Source: Mobula hypostoma (taxonomy: Eukaryota). From it: DNA of 64,000 bases. The notes below the pieces were generated by a model. The model was not told where the DNA came from. It worked only from the letters and a program-made list of their open reading frames with translations, and did no database searches. Position 1 is the first letter of the stretch; each line of letters begins with the position of its first letter. Where the stretch lies: the NCBI RefSeq assembly GCF_963921235.1, contig NC_086109.1:23128001-23192000 (forward strand), written 5' to 3'. Of this stretch, positions 35,345-46,653 are shown one piece after another. The translations under genes were made by a program, and so were the position numbers.

Positions 35345-36410
35345 ACTATAAGAGCATAAAATATAGGAGTGTAATTAGGCCATTTGGCCCATCAAACCTG
35401 CTCTGCCATTCCATCCTGGCTCATTTATTATCCCTCTCTACCTTGTTCTCCTGCCTTCTCACTGTAATCATTAGCACCCTTACTAATCAAGAACCTCTGC
35501 CTTAAATATACCCAGTGACTTGTCTTCCACAGCCATCTACAGCAATGAAGTCCACAGATTCACGACCCTCTGGCTAAAGAAATTCCTCTTCATCTCAGTT
35601 CTAAATTGACGTTCCTCTATTCTCAGGCTGTGCCCTCTGCTCCTTGACTCCCCACTAAAGGAAACATCTTCTCCACTTCCACTCTATCTCAGCCTTTCAC
35701 TATTCAATAGGTTTCAATGAGATCCTTCCACATTCTTCTAAACTCCAGTGAGTACAGGACCGGAGCCATCTGACACTCCTCATCCAGTACTGTGCTAAAG
35801 TCTTATGCATGTATAAAAAAATTGGTAAAGCAAAGGTGCTTTCAAAAATATTGTAATGAAAAGTTTCTAAACATCAAAAAAAATTATATAAAGAGCAGTG
35901 AGCAGTAAGAAAAGCACTACAAATCAAAATTTGGTGTGACTACCCTTATCGTTTAAAACTGCATCAATTCTCCTAACTTCAGTGTTGTGCAGTCTTAAAA
36001 GAAAATCGGTTGGTAGGTTTATCCAAGCATCTTGGAGAACTTGCCACAGTTCTTCCACAGACTTCGGCTGCCTTGCTTACTTCTGTCTCTCCAAGTAATC
36101 GCAGACAGCCTCGATGATGTTAAGATCAGGGATATGTGGAGGCCACAACACCATCTGAAACCATATTAGAAAAAAACCGAGGGGGCTTTTGGACAGTACT
36201 CGACATTAACCTTTCTCATTCATGGAATCATTCCCGTGACCCTCCTCTGGACACTGTCTAATATCAACATGTCGTTTCTTCAATAAGGGGCCCCAAACGA
36301 CTCAGAATGCTCCAAGTGCAGTCAGACCAATGCCTCTGCATTACATCCTTCCTTTTGTAATCTAGTCCACTCGAAATGAATATAAACATTGCATTTGCCC
36401 TCCTTACACC
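35345..36410 (-). mobile_element. CR1-type LINE 3' fragment interrupted by a Tc1-like element
   Basis: Reverse complement of the 31520-32165 family. Confidence 0.75.
35785..36201. mobile_element. Non-autonomous Tc1-like DNA transposon
   Basis: Imperfect TIRs cagtactgtgctaaag / cttttggacagtactc; the CR1 sequence resumes on both sides. Confidence 0.65.
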
Positions 36411-37136
36411 CTCTTAGACTGCTTTTATTTGTTAAATTAAAAAAAATCAAGTTTTAAATACCTTTACAGAAACGTATATATGTATTCTTTATCCCTGAAT
36501 GTTTCATTCTTCTGAGATCTTCTCAAAACTCCAATTGCTAATACTGTTTCTCTCCACTGCAGTAATCTAAATAGAACAAACTGATGCATTTGGATATTTA
36601 AGATCTTCCCTCCGGGCCATTCTGACTACCACTGCAATATGTTTCTGTTTCATGTTCATCAGATGATTACAACTTCCTCAATGAGCAGCTGGTGGGAGAA
36701 ATTAACACAGCGAGATGGAAGGCTTGTGAAACTAAGTTTATGCAGCTAAATTCAGTTACAAGTGCCAGCATTCATCTGACTTCCGCTTAGCTTCACTGAC
36801 CAAAATATAAATGGAAAAACCAAGGAAAATTTCCCCATTTTGAAATGTTCAAGGAAAAATTCCCAGGTCATACAAGGAACTTAAAAAAAAACCCTTCTCT
36901 CTTTCTGAATTAAATGATGTAATATGCACGCTAACAAAACAATAAAGAATCTTAAATTATTTTAGCAGTAAGCAAAGAATGGAGAGCGTGGTATTGTCAT
37001 ACAGACTATCATTTCACCTTTTCTACAGTTCATTTTACTCCGCCCATTTCCCTCTGCCGCCCATGTATACCTCTACACTATAATGGATACCACTCACCCC
37101 AGTTAGTGTCTTTCCATTCACAACAGATATTCTTTC

Positions 37137-40100
37137 TTTTCTTTTAAATCTTTTTATTAATTATTATTGAAAATCAACAACAGAGAAAAATACATCAAAA
37201 TAATCAGGATAACATATCCATATGTAGAGTTAAACTATCAACTGGGCTAAACAGTATATCAATAATAGTCAAAAAACAAAGTATTAAAGCTTTTTTTTAA
37301 TGGAAAAAAGAAAGAAAAAAAAAGAACTCCTACTAACTAAAACAGAGAAAACCCCTAATAACTAAAAAAAAGGGGGGAAAAAACCCATTTGGAGCACAAA
37401 CCCAGAGCTATGCGCCAACCAAATCCATATAACCAAGCATCAGAAAAGGACCACCTGTATTAACTCAAGTCAAATGATAATAACGGGTAAAAGAATGCAC
37501 CTTTTCTCGAAGTCAAATTTAAGATCAAAAGTTCGACTTCTAATTTTTTCCAAACTAAGACATAGCATCACCTGAGAGAACCATTGTATCAAAGTGGGAG
37601 CAGAGGCATCTTTCCATTTTAATAAAATAGCCCTTCTAGCCAATAATGTGACAAATGCAATTATGTATTGGTCAGATATAGAAATATCATGAATATGTTG
37701 AGGAATTATACCAAACAAAGTTGTCAATTTATTAGGTTGTAAATTAATTTTTAAAGCTTTAGAGATTGTAGAAAAAATAGATTTCCAAAATTGTTTCAAT
37801 ACAGAACACAACCAAAACATATGTGTCAGTGTAGCTATCTCAGTTTTGCATCTATCACACTGACTATTTACATTAGGAAATATTTTATCTCTCCTTCGTC
37901 AAATAATAACGATGTACAATTTTAAATTGAATTAGAGAATGACTGGCACAAATCGAAGAAGAGTTAACCAGCTTCAAAATTCTCAACCAATCCTCTGTTA
38001 TCAAGGTCATATTAAGCTCTCTTTCCCAATCTTGTTTATTCTTAAGTAAAGGATAATTATCCTGTTGTAATAGTAAATTATAAATTTTCCCAATAAAACC
38101 TTTCACTGAAGGGTTCATTTTTAAAATGATGTTTAACAGGTCAGAGTCTTGTATATATGGAAAATTACTTAAATGTTCTTGTAAGAAATGTCTGACCTGA
38201 AGATATTGCAAAAAATGTGAATATGAGGGAGAGTATTTAGTTACTAATTTCTCAAAGGACATCAATCGACCTTCTTGAAACAAGTCCATAAAGGAAAAAA
38301 TTCCTTTATTCCTCCAAAGAGAAAAGGTAGGATCACTAAGTGAAGGTTTAAATAAATAGTTTTGATAAATTAAACTAAAAAGGTTAAATGTTTTAAGATT
38401 AAAAAACTTACGAAACTGGTACCAAATCCATAATGATTGATTAATCATAGGATTTATATTTAGACTAGAAATTTTGGCTAATTGTACAGGAAAAGGAGCT
38501 CCTAATAATGAAGTTAAATGAAATTGTTTCACAATTTTCAATTCCAAATCAACCCAAGATGGTCGTTCCTTTTTATCGGTCCAATATAACCAAGAACATG
38601 CATAACGTATATTAAGTGACCAATAATACATTCTTAAATTAGGCAAAGTAAGACCTCCATCCTTTTTTAATTTTTGTAAGTGACATTTTCCAATTCTTGG
38701 TCTTTTATTATCCCAAACAAAAGATGAAATAATAGAGTCAACCTGATCAAAAAACTTCTTAGTTAGAAAAATAGGAATGTTTTGAAATACATATAAAAAT
38801 TTTGGCAAAATCATCATTTTAACTGCATGAATTCGACCTACTAACGAAAGTGTAAGTGGATTCCATCTAGAAAAAGATTGCTTCATAAAATCCACTAGGG
38901 GAACTAAATTAGCTCTATAAAGGTCTCTGTAATTTTTAGTGATGATAATACCTAAATATTTAAAAGAATCCATAACTTTTAGAGGAATATTATCATATAT
39001 AGAAACAGAATCATTTAAGGGAAATAATTCACTTTTATGCAGGTTTAATTTATATCCTGAAAACAATCCAAATTCATTTAATAATTTCAATAGCTAGGAA
39101 TAGATTCTTCGGGATTCAAAACATAAACCAAAAGATCATCTGCATAAAGGGAGATCTTATGAATAGTCCCATTTATAGAAATTCCTTGAATATTTTTAGC
39201 TTCACAAAGTGCAATAGCCAAGGGTTCCAACATCAAGTTAAATAACAGAGGACTTAATGGACATCCTTGGGTCATACCCCGGGAAAGTTGGAAAAAAGGG
39301 GGATCTACAATTATTAGTAGTAACAGTGGCAACAGGGCTTTTATATATCAATCTAATCCATTTACTAAAATTAGTACCAAAGCTAAATTTCTCTAAAACT
39401 TTGAATAGATATTTCCATTCAACTCTATTGAATGCCTTTTCAGCATCTAGAGAAACAACACATTGGGGAGTCTTAGAGAGGGATGAGTATATAATATTTA
39501 ACAATCTCCGAGTATTAGAAAAAGAATAATGGCCTTTTATAAAACCCGTTTGATCCTGAGAAATAATTTTAGCTAGTATATTCTCCATCCGATTAGCCAT
39601 TATTTTTGAAAGATTCCGGCATCCACATTTAATAATGAAATAGGTCTCTATGAAGCACAATCAGTAGGATCTTTATCTTTCTTAAGAATTAAAGAAATAG
39701 AAGCTTCATAAAATGTGGAAGTAACTCTCCTAACAGAAAAGAATCTTTAAGCATTTGCAACATATAAGGAGTAAGCAAACGTTCAAATTTTTCATAAAAT
39801 CCTACAGTAAAACCATCCAATCCAGGAGCTTTACCAGATTGCATTGAGAGAATAGCTTTTTGAATTTCTTTCAGTAAAAGGAGCATCTAGAATTTGCTGC
39901 TCTTCAACAGATATTCCAGGAAAATCAATCTTTTGTAAAAAGGCATACATATTAGAAGGGTCAGCTGGAAACTGAGATTTATGGAGTTCACTGTAATGGT
40001 CTTGAAAACTTTTATTAATATCTTCATAATTACAAGCTAAACTACCATCTCCCTTACGAATTTTAAAAATTTGTCTTTTAGCTCTAACTGCTTTAAGTTG

Positions 40101-40311
40101 AGATGCTAACAGCTTGTTACTTTTATCTCCAAACAAATAAAATTGACTTTTTAATTAAAGCAAATTTCTTCCAATAGGATAAGTTAATAGTAAATTATAT
40201 TGTGATTGAAGTTCAACCCTTTGTTTAAATAAATCAACATTAGGAGAAACTGCATAAGTATCATCCAGATCTTTAATTAGTTTGGAAATTCTATCTAACT
40301 CTATTTTTGCT
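37137..40311 (-). mobile_element. 5'-truncated L1-clade LINE (ORF2 RT and C-terminal Cys-rich region, frameshifted)
   Basis: GKAPGLDGF, DQTGFIKG, SLDAEKAF, QGCPLSPLLF, SLYADD, FKYLG, GGLTLP, HMFWLC. AATAAA plus A-rich tail near 37137-37160. 14-bp TSD acagatattctttc (37123-37136, 40312-40325). Confidence 0.93.
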
Positions 40312-41169
40312 ACAGATATTCTTTCCCAATCTTGATCTCATAGATGCATGAACTCTACTCTACAGCCCACGTACATTCTCTTCTGGCTCAGATTCCAATC
40401 CACCCTGATCAAGTGCTTCAAGCAAATCGGAAGCTAGTGTAGGGAAATTTGGATAAAAAATTAATAAACACTGAGGGAGTGATAATATGATCAAAGAGAG
40501 GAATAATATGGATATTGGACATTAAGCAGGAATGCAAGGAAGGAAACTGAAGAGGAATTGTAAAGAGAGAATTCACATGTACTGTATATATGGTAAGTGA
40601 GCACCATTAATTGAGAGTGCAGAGGACACTTGATGAAAGGAGATAAACAGGTAGGGAAGCAAGTTTATGGGGGTCTGTCCCAATTCACAGACTGGTCAAA
40701 AACAAGAAAATGAACTCCTTCAATCCTTTATGTTCACCTCTGGCACCCCAAGATAGCAATTAACAATCTGTTTATTTTTGGCCAGCTCCCTTTCAGGATA
40801 AGGCATTTCATTGAACCAACAACTCAAGGAGTAGCCTCCTTAACAGAGCGTAGCAAATTTGATTTATTTTCCAAAGGAGATCTCAAGATTTATTTTGCTT
40901 TTTTTGGACCATTCAACAAGACGAAAAGGGTCAAAGATGGCAAATTGGAGAAATAACTCTAGGTATGTAAACCGATGGTGTGTAAACTGCAATGGAATTT
41001 CAAGGGCAGGATTGAAAGCATTTTAATTTTTGTGCTGAGATGCTGGATGCTCAGGGTGTTCCAATATATTTCCCAGATAATGAGCACTTAAGTGTTTGAA
41101 GATAAGGTCGCAGAGAAAATTAAATTGATTGGATAGATCAGATTTTAGAAAAACTCAAAGAAAACATAA

Positions 41170-41438
41170 ACACAAGGAAATCTTCAGATGCTGGAAATTC
41201 AAGTAACACACATAAAAAATGCTGTTGAACACAGCAGGCCAGGCAGCATCTCTAGGAAGAAGTACAGTCGACGTTTCAGGCCGAGACCCTTCGTCAGGAC
41301 TAATTGAAAGAAGAGATGCTTACTATCTCTTCTTTCAGTTAGTCCTGACGAAGGGTTTTGGCCCGAAACATCGACTGTACCTCTTCCTAGAGATGCTGCC
41401 TGGCCTGCTGCGTTCACCAGCATTTTTTATGTGTGTTG
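41170..41438. mobile_element. Fold-back Penelope-like terminus pair (palindromic insertion)
   Basis: ~110-bp inverted arms (41205-41317 / 41325-41437); 14-bp TSD caaagaaaacataa (41156-41169, 41439-41452). Confidence 0.9.
41265..41301 (-). ncRNA. Minimal type I hammerhead ribozyme motif (best-preserved copy)
   Basis: Minus strand AGUC-CUGACGA-A-GGG-UCUCGG-CCU-GAA-ACGU-C-GACU(G): intact CUGANGA/GAAA core, stem I AGUC/GACU, stem II, palindromic ACGU in place of stem III, GUC triplet. Activity untested. Confidence 0.75.
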
Positions 41439-42269
41439 CAAAGAAAACATAATTTTGGGAAAAACAGATGACCTCAGTGCAGGGAGGGCCAACCACAGAA
41501 AAAAAACCAAAAAAAATCATCCCAATAATTATATGATAATCCCAACATACGTTTTGTTTAACCCCACAATAAGGCTTAAGCTGACAATCTTCTGACTCAT
41601 AGATGAGGAAGCTACTATTTATCTCATGCTGACAGTACTTTCAATGGAAAACCCTTAAAACATTTGGAGGAACATAGGCAAGAAGACTGCCTTCAAATTC
41701 TATTGAATTTATCTATGAATATTGAAAGTGCTCTGCCATTTTATAAAGGCCGTAAAGGAAGAGGGAGTTAATCTGTACAAACACAGAGTCACAAAAAAAA
41801 AAGTTTGCCAAAATTGCTTGAACATCTCTTTTGCAGTTCACAACGCCTTTGGGTCCCAAATGAACAATCTCCACCCACCCATTGCAAACTGCATTCAGAG
41901 GAATGTCAAAGAAATGATGTGACAGAATGAAAGGGACGGTTCTGTGCAGATACGTCAAGTAAACACGGCACATGCACCCAAGATGATGCCAGCTATGCTA
42001 ACAATATAGGGTAAGAAGTTGCTTTGAAGGTCTAGCGTATCCAAACTCATGTCGCAGAATGCAATTGATCATTTCCATTAAGGAGGTCTCAACACTGAAC
42101 CAGAGGCCATATGCACCTGATGCTCCTGAACTGGAGTTGAACATCGTCAGGACCATGTTCAGGGGTTTGGACACAGTCTGTGAGTCTAGTCAAAGCCTGT
42201 GGTGCTGTCAGGGGAATGAGGGAAAGGAGATTAGTAACAATCAACTCATTTGGATTGAGGGAGTGGAGA

Positions 42270-43052
42270 GGGTAAACTGCCAGGGCTGATTAGGTGCATA
42301 AGGTAGAAATATTCTAGACTGATTACTGCTAGGCTGGGCAGAGAACCTGGACTATTGAAGGCTTCGGATCTCCGGAGGGCTGTTGGAGGAAGGAGGTGAG
42401 AAGGTGCAATGTGGGTGACCAGTCATTGATCAAATTGAATCTGGGGCCTGATGATCTGAGGAATGGGGAGTGCAGTCACAAGGCTGATTAAGCATTGAGG
42501 AAGATTGGAATCATTGAGGCGAGGAGGTGCTCAGGGCCATTTACCAGCCTCTCGCTGGCTGCTGGCGGAGGAGGGTGTCTGCGTGTGATGAACTGCCTTT
42601 CCCTCTCGCTTGCTGCTCCCAGAGGAAGGTCCCCGCGTTCAAACCATCTCTCTCTCTCCTTTGATCCTGTTGGAGAACGGTGCTGGAGTTCTGGGTCTTG
42701 GACAAGGTTTAATCAATGCGGTTTGTGGATTGGACTCTGTATGATGCGTTTCTGGTTTCTGGCTGCTGTTTTTGCTGCTATTTTGGACTTTGAATCGGGG
42801 GTCCCGCAGATAACAAACACTGAGCTGAACTGAAATACGCCCGTACTCTTTCAATTTTGTGTCTTATATTCTGTGTTTGCCGCTTGCTTTTTTTGTTGCC
42901 ATTTGCACAATCTGTTTTTTTTTGTGCATGGAAGGGGGACGGTTGATGTTTTTCTTTGAACAGTTTCCACCGTTTTCTTTGTTTCACTGTGAGGAAGACA
43001 AATATCGGGGTTGCGTACTGCATACATATTTTGATAATTAACGTACTTTGAA
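42270..43052 (+). mobile_element. Non-autonomous LINE-tailed element
   Basis: GC-richer body; tail gaagacaaatatcggggttgcgtactgcatacatattttgataattaacgtactttga. Confidence 0.5.
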
Positions 43053-43324
43053 CCATGGGTTGGAAGGGTCCAGTGATGAGAGAGGTTTGTGAGGAACATG
43101 GCGTGGGAGGGCGGGAAGAAAGGGTGATGGAGGAGGAAAGGACAGTGGGGTAGAAGTTGGTAAAAGGATGAAGTGGGGTTACTTTACGTGGATTCCAATC
43201 CAGTGGCAGTACTATGGGGGGTGAAGACCCAACTGTTGTGAGAGTGAACAGCTAGGGTTTTTTCCTGGGGCAATTTATTCTTCATTTTGCCAAAACACTC
43301 AAAAAGGAGTGGTGGAAATATAAC

Positions 43325-44058
43325 TGATAACAATGGTGCTGAGGTCGGGAGGGTTGAGAGCTTCAAGTTCCGAGGAGTGAACATCACCAATAATCTGTCC
43401 TGGTCTAACCAGGTTGACAGCATGTCCAAGAAAGCTCAACAGTGCCTCTACTTCCTCAGGAAGCTAAAGACATTTGGCATGACCACTTGGTCACATCGAT
43501 TTTTAATTGATACACAATAGAAAGCCTCCTATCCAGATGCATCAAGGCCCAGGAGCTGCTCAATCATATCATAACTGCTATGTTAAAGCAAAGGAAGACA
43601 AAAATGAACAAACATTCTATAGAATAGACATAGATACTGAATGTGAACACAGCAATGTTACTTCTCCCACAGTCAACCTTGCAAGATTCTCATCACAAAC
43701 CTCCAAGGCCGCAGTTCACATTATTAATGTTACTACCCCTCAACCATCAGGCTCTTGAACCAGAGGGGATAACTTCACTTGCCCCATCATTGAAATGTTC
43801 CCACAACCAGTGGACTCACTTTCAAGGACTCTTCATCTCATAGTCTCTATATTTATTACTATTTATTTATATTTGCATTTGCACAGTTTGTTGTCTTCTG
43901 CACTCTGGCTGAATGTCCTAGTTGGGTGGTCTTTCATAGATCCTGTTATAGTTACTATTCTATAGATTTGTTGAGTACCCTCACAAGAAAATAGATGTCA
44001 GGGTTGTAAATGGTGATGTACATGAACTTTGGTAACGAAATTTACTTTGAACTTTGAA
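43325..44058 (+). mobile_element. Rex/Babar-like LINE 3' fragment
   Basis: VESFKFRGVNITNNLSWSNQ...KKAQQCLYFLRKLKTFGM; tail aaatttactttgaactttga. Confidence 0.7.
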
Positions 44059-44935
44059 AGCTAACTGACCACGAAGATGGGAACATCAGCAGCATCGTCA
44101 TTTTAATTTCAGATTTTCAGCATCTGCATGTTTTTGCTTTTTGACTAAATTCGGTTCAATTGCAAATCATTAGATTCAAAACCATCAGTTGCGACAATGT
44201 CGACATAGCTGATTACTTGTGAAACAGGAAACTTCCACAGCAAGTTGTCCTGGAATCAGTTGTGGTATTGGCTCTCAAGACAGGTGAAGAATATCTGAGG
44301 AAGGAATTCCATGAATACACCCCTATTACTCATTGATTACTTCCATTTCCAAAGACACTGATTCCATCATATAAGGTGCTACGATTTCTACAGCTTATTC
44401 AGTGTGTAGCATGGGGATATATAGGATGAAAACACAGGATCACAGAAGTTGTCTACAATGATGCACATCAGAAGACAACAATTAGAACTGAGAACACAAA
44501 AACTTTTCTATGAATTGCTCTCAGGTAATACTTGTCTCAACCAGTTTTCATAGTAAAATGACAAACTGATCATAATTACATGCAAACTCCCAAACTCTTT
44601 ATCATTACATGATGGCAAATATTGTCATAATTGTTCAAATCATTCAGTCAACAGTCTTGGATTCAGTTAACCAAATCTTGAATTAGAGAAGATTAATGAA
44701 AGGAACATGCCAGCCTGGAATTCTGATAAGCTTGGTCTTTACCAGTTCCCATATACTTAAAGTGGATTTATCCAAAATTAAAAAAGGGTCAGATCACCTG
44801 AGGGTTGGTTCTGAATTCAGAAAGCAGGATTTTCATCTGTCCTGTTCATTGAGGAACCTGTTTCATAGGAGGGCAGCATAGGAGGCACTGAAAATCATTG
44901 GGTGGGAATTCTGCATGCAACTTATTGGAGTATCA

Positions 44936-46653
44936 CACACAAAACGCTAGAGGAACTCAGCAGGTTTGGCAACGTCAATGGAAATGAATAAACAGTCGAT
45001 GTTTCAGGTCGAGACCCTTCTTCAGGACTGAGAAGGGGAAGATGCCAGAATAAAAAGGCGAGGGAAAGTGGAAAGAGGCTAGCTGGATGGTGATGGGTGA
45101 AGCCAGGCAGGTGAGAAAGGTTAAGAGCTAGAAAAGGAGGAATCCGATAGAAGAGGAGAATGGACCATAGGAGAAAGGGAAGGAGGAGGGGACCCAGGGA
45201 GAAAGTAACAGGCAGGAGAGAAGAGGTAAAAAAAAAATCAGAGTGGGGAACAGAGGAAGGGGGTGGGGAATGTATTTACCAGGAGAAATCGATATTCATA
45301 CCCTCAGTTTGAAGGCTACCCAGATGAATATAAGGTGTTGCTCCTCCACCCTGAGTGTGCTTTCATCTTGGCACGACAGGAGGCTATGGACCAACATGTC
45401 AGAATGGGTATGGGAGTGGAATTAAAATGTCTGGCCACAAATTAGTCCTGCTTGTGGCAGATGGAGCAGAGGTGCTCAAAGAAGCAGTCCTTCAATTTAC
45501 GATGGGTCTCCCAATGCAGATGAGGCCTCATTGGGAGCGCGAGATACAATAGACGACCCCAGCAGGTGAAGTGTTGCCTCACCTAGAAGGACTGTTTGGG
45601 GCCTTGAATGGAGGTGAGGGAGGAGGTGTAGGGGCAGGACTAGCACTTAGGCCGGTTGCAGGGAAATGCGCCGGGAGGGAGATCACAGGGTTGGGCCAAA
45701 TGGACAAATGGATTGCGGCGGGAGTGCTCCCTGTGGAAAGCAGAGGGTGGTGGGAGGTAAAGGTATGTTTAGTGGTAGGATCCCTTTGGAGATGGCAGAA
45801 GTTGTTGGATGCAGAGGCTGATGGGATGGTAGGCAAGGACAAGAAGAACTCTAACACTGTTAAGGCAGTGGGAAGATGGGGTGAGCGCAAATGTATGGGA
45901 AATGGAGAAGATGCAGGTGAGGGCAGCATCAATAATGGAGAGTTAAAGCTGCCCATACACTTCCTCCCTCACCTCCATTCGGGGCCCCCAATAGTCCTTC
46001 CAGGTGAGGCAACATTTCACCTCTGAACCTGCTGTGGTCGTCTATTGTGCTCGGAGCTCCCAATGCAGCCTCCTCCACGCTGCTGAGAACCACTGTAATT
46101 CGGGGGATTGCTTCATCGGGCACCTCTGCTCCATCTGCCACAAGCAGGCCAGACGTTGTAATTCTGATTCCCCTTCCAACATGTCAGTCCATGGCCTCCT
46201 CTTGAACCAAGATGAGGCCACCGTCAGCGTGGAGGAGCAACACCTTATATTCCATCTGGGTAGTCTCCGACCTAATGGCATGAGTATCAAGTTCTCTTTC
46301 CGATAAACAACCGTGTTCCCCCCCCCCCACTCTAACCTTTTACCACTTCTTACCTGTCTATTACTTCCCCCTGGGTCCCTTTCTCCTATGGTCCTCCTAT
46401 CAGATTCCTTCTTCTCCAGCCCTTGCAGTTTCCCACCCACCTAGCTTCACCTTCCAGCTAGCCTCCTTCCCCTCTCCCACCATTTTATTCTGGCATCTTC
46501 CCCCTTCTTTCTCAGTCCTAAAGAAGGGGGTCGGCCCAGAATGTCGACTATTTATTCATTTCCATTGATGCTGCCTGACCTGCTGTGTTCCCTCAGCATT
46601 TTGTGCATGTTGCTTTGGATTTCCAGTATCTGCAAAATTTCTTGTGTTTATAA
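44936..46653. mobile_element. Large fold-back Penelope-like insertion (minus arm ~44936-45935, plus arm ~45955-46653)
   Basis: Both arms carry GIY-YIG remnants (RQHFTSE..VVYC..), UTR and terminus; 11/12 TSD attggagtatca (44924-44935) / attggactatca (46654-46665). Confidence 0.85.

Noticed and set aside
41199..41452. Mirror ORFs on both strands (MLVNAAGQAASLGR... / MLLNTAGQAASLGR...)
   Set aside because: A by-product of the DNA palindrome; the same peptide appears wherever the PLE terminus occurs.
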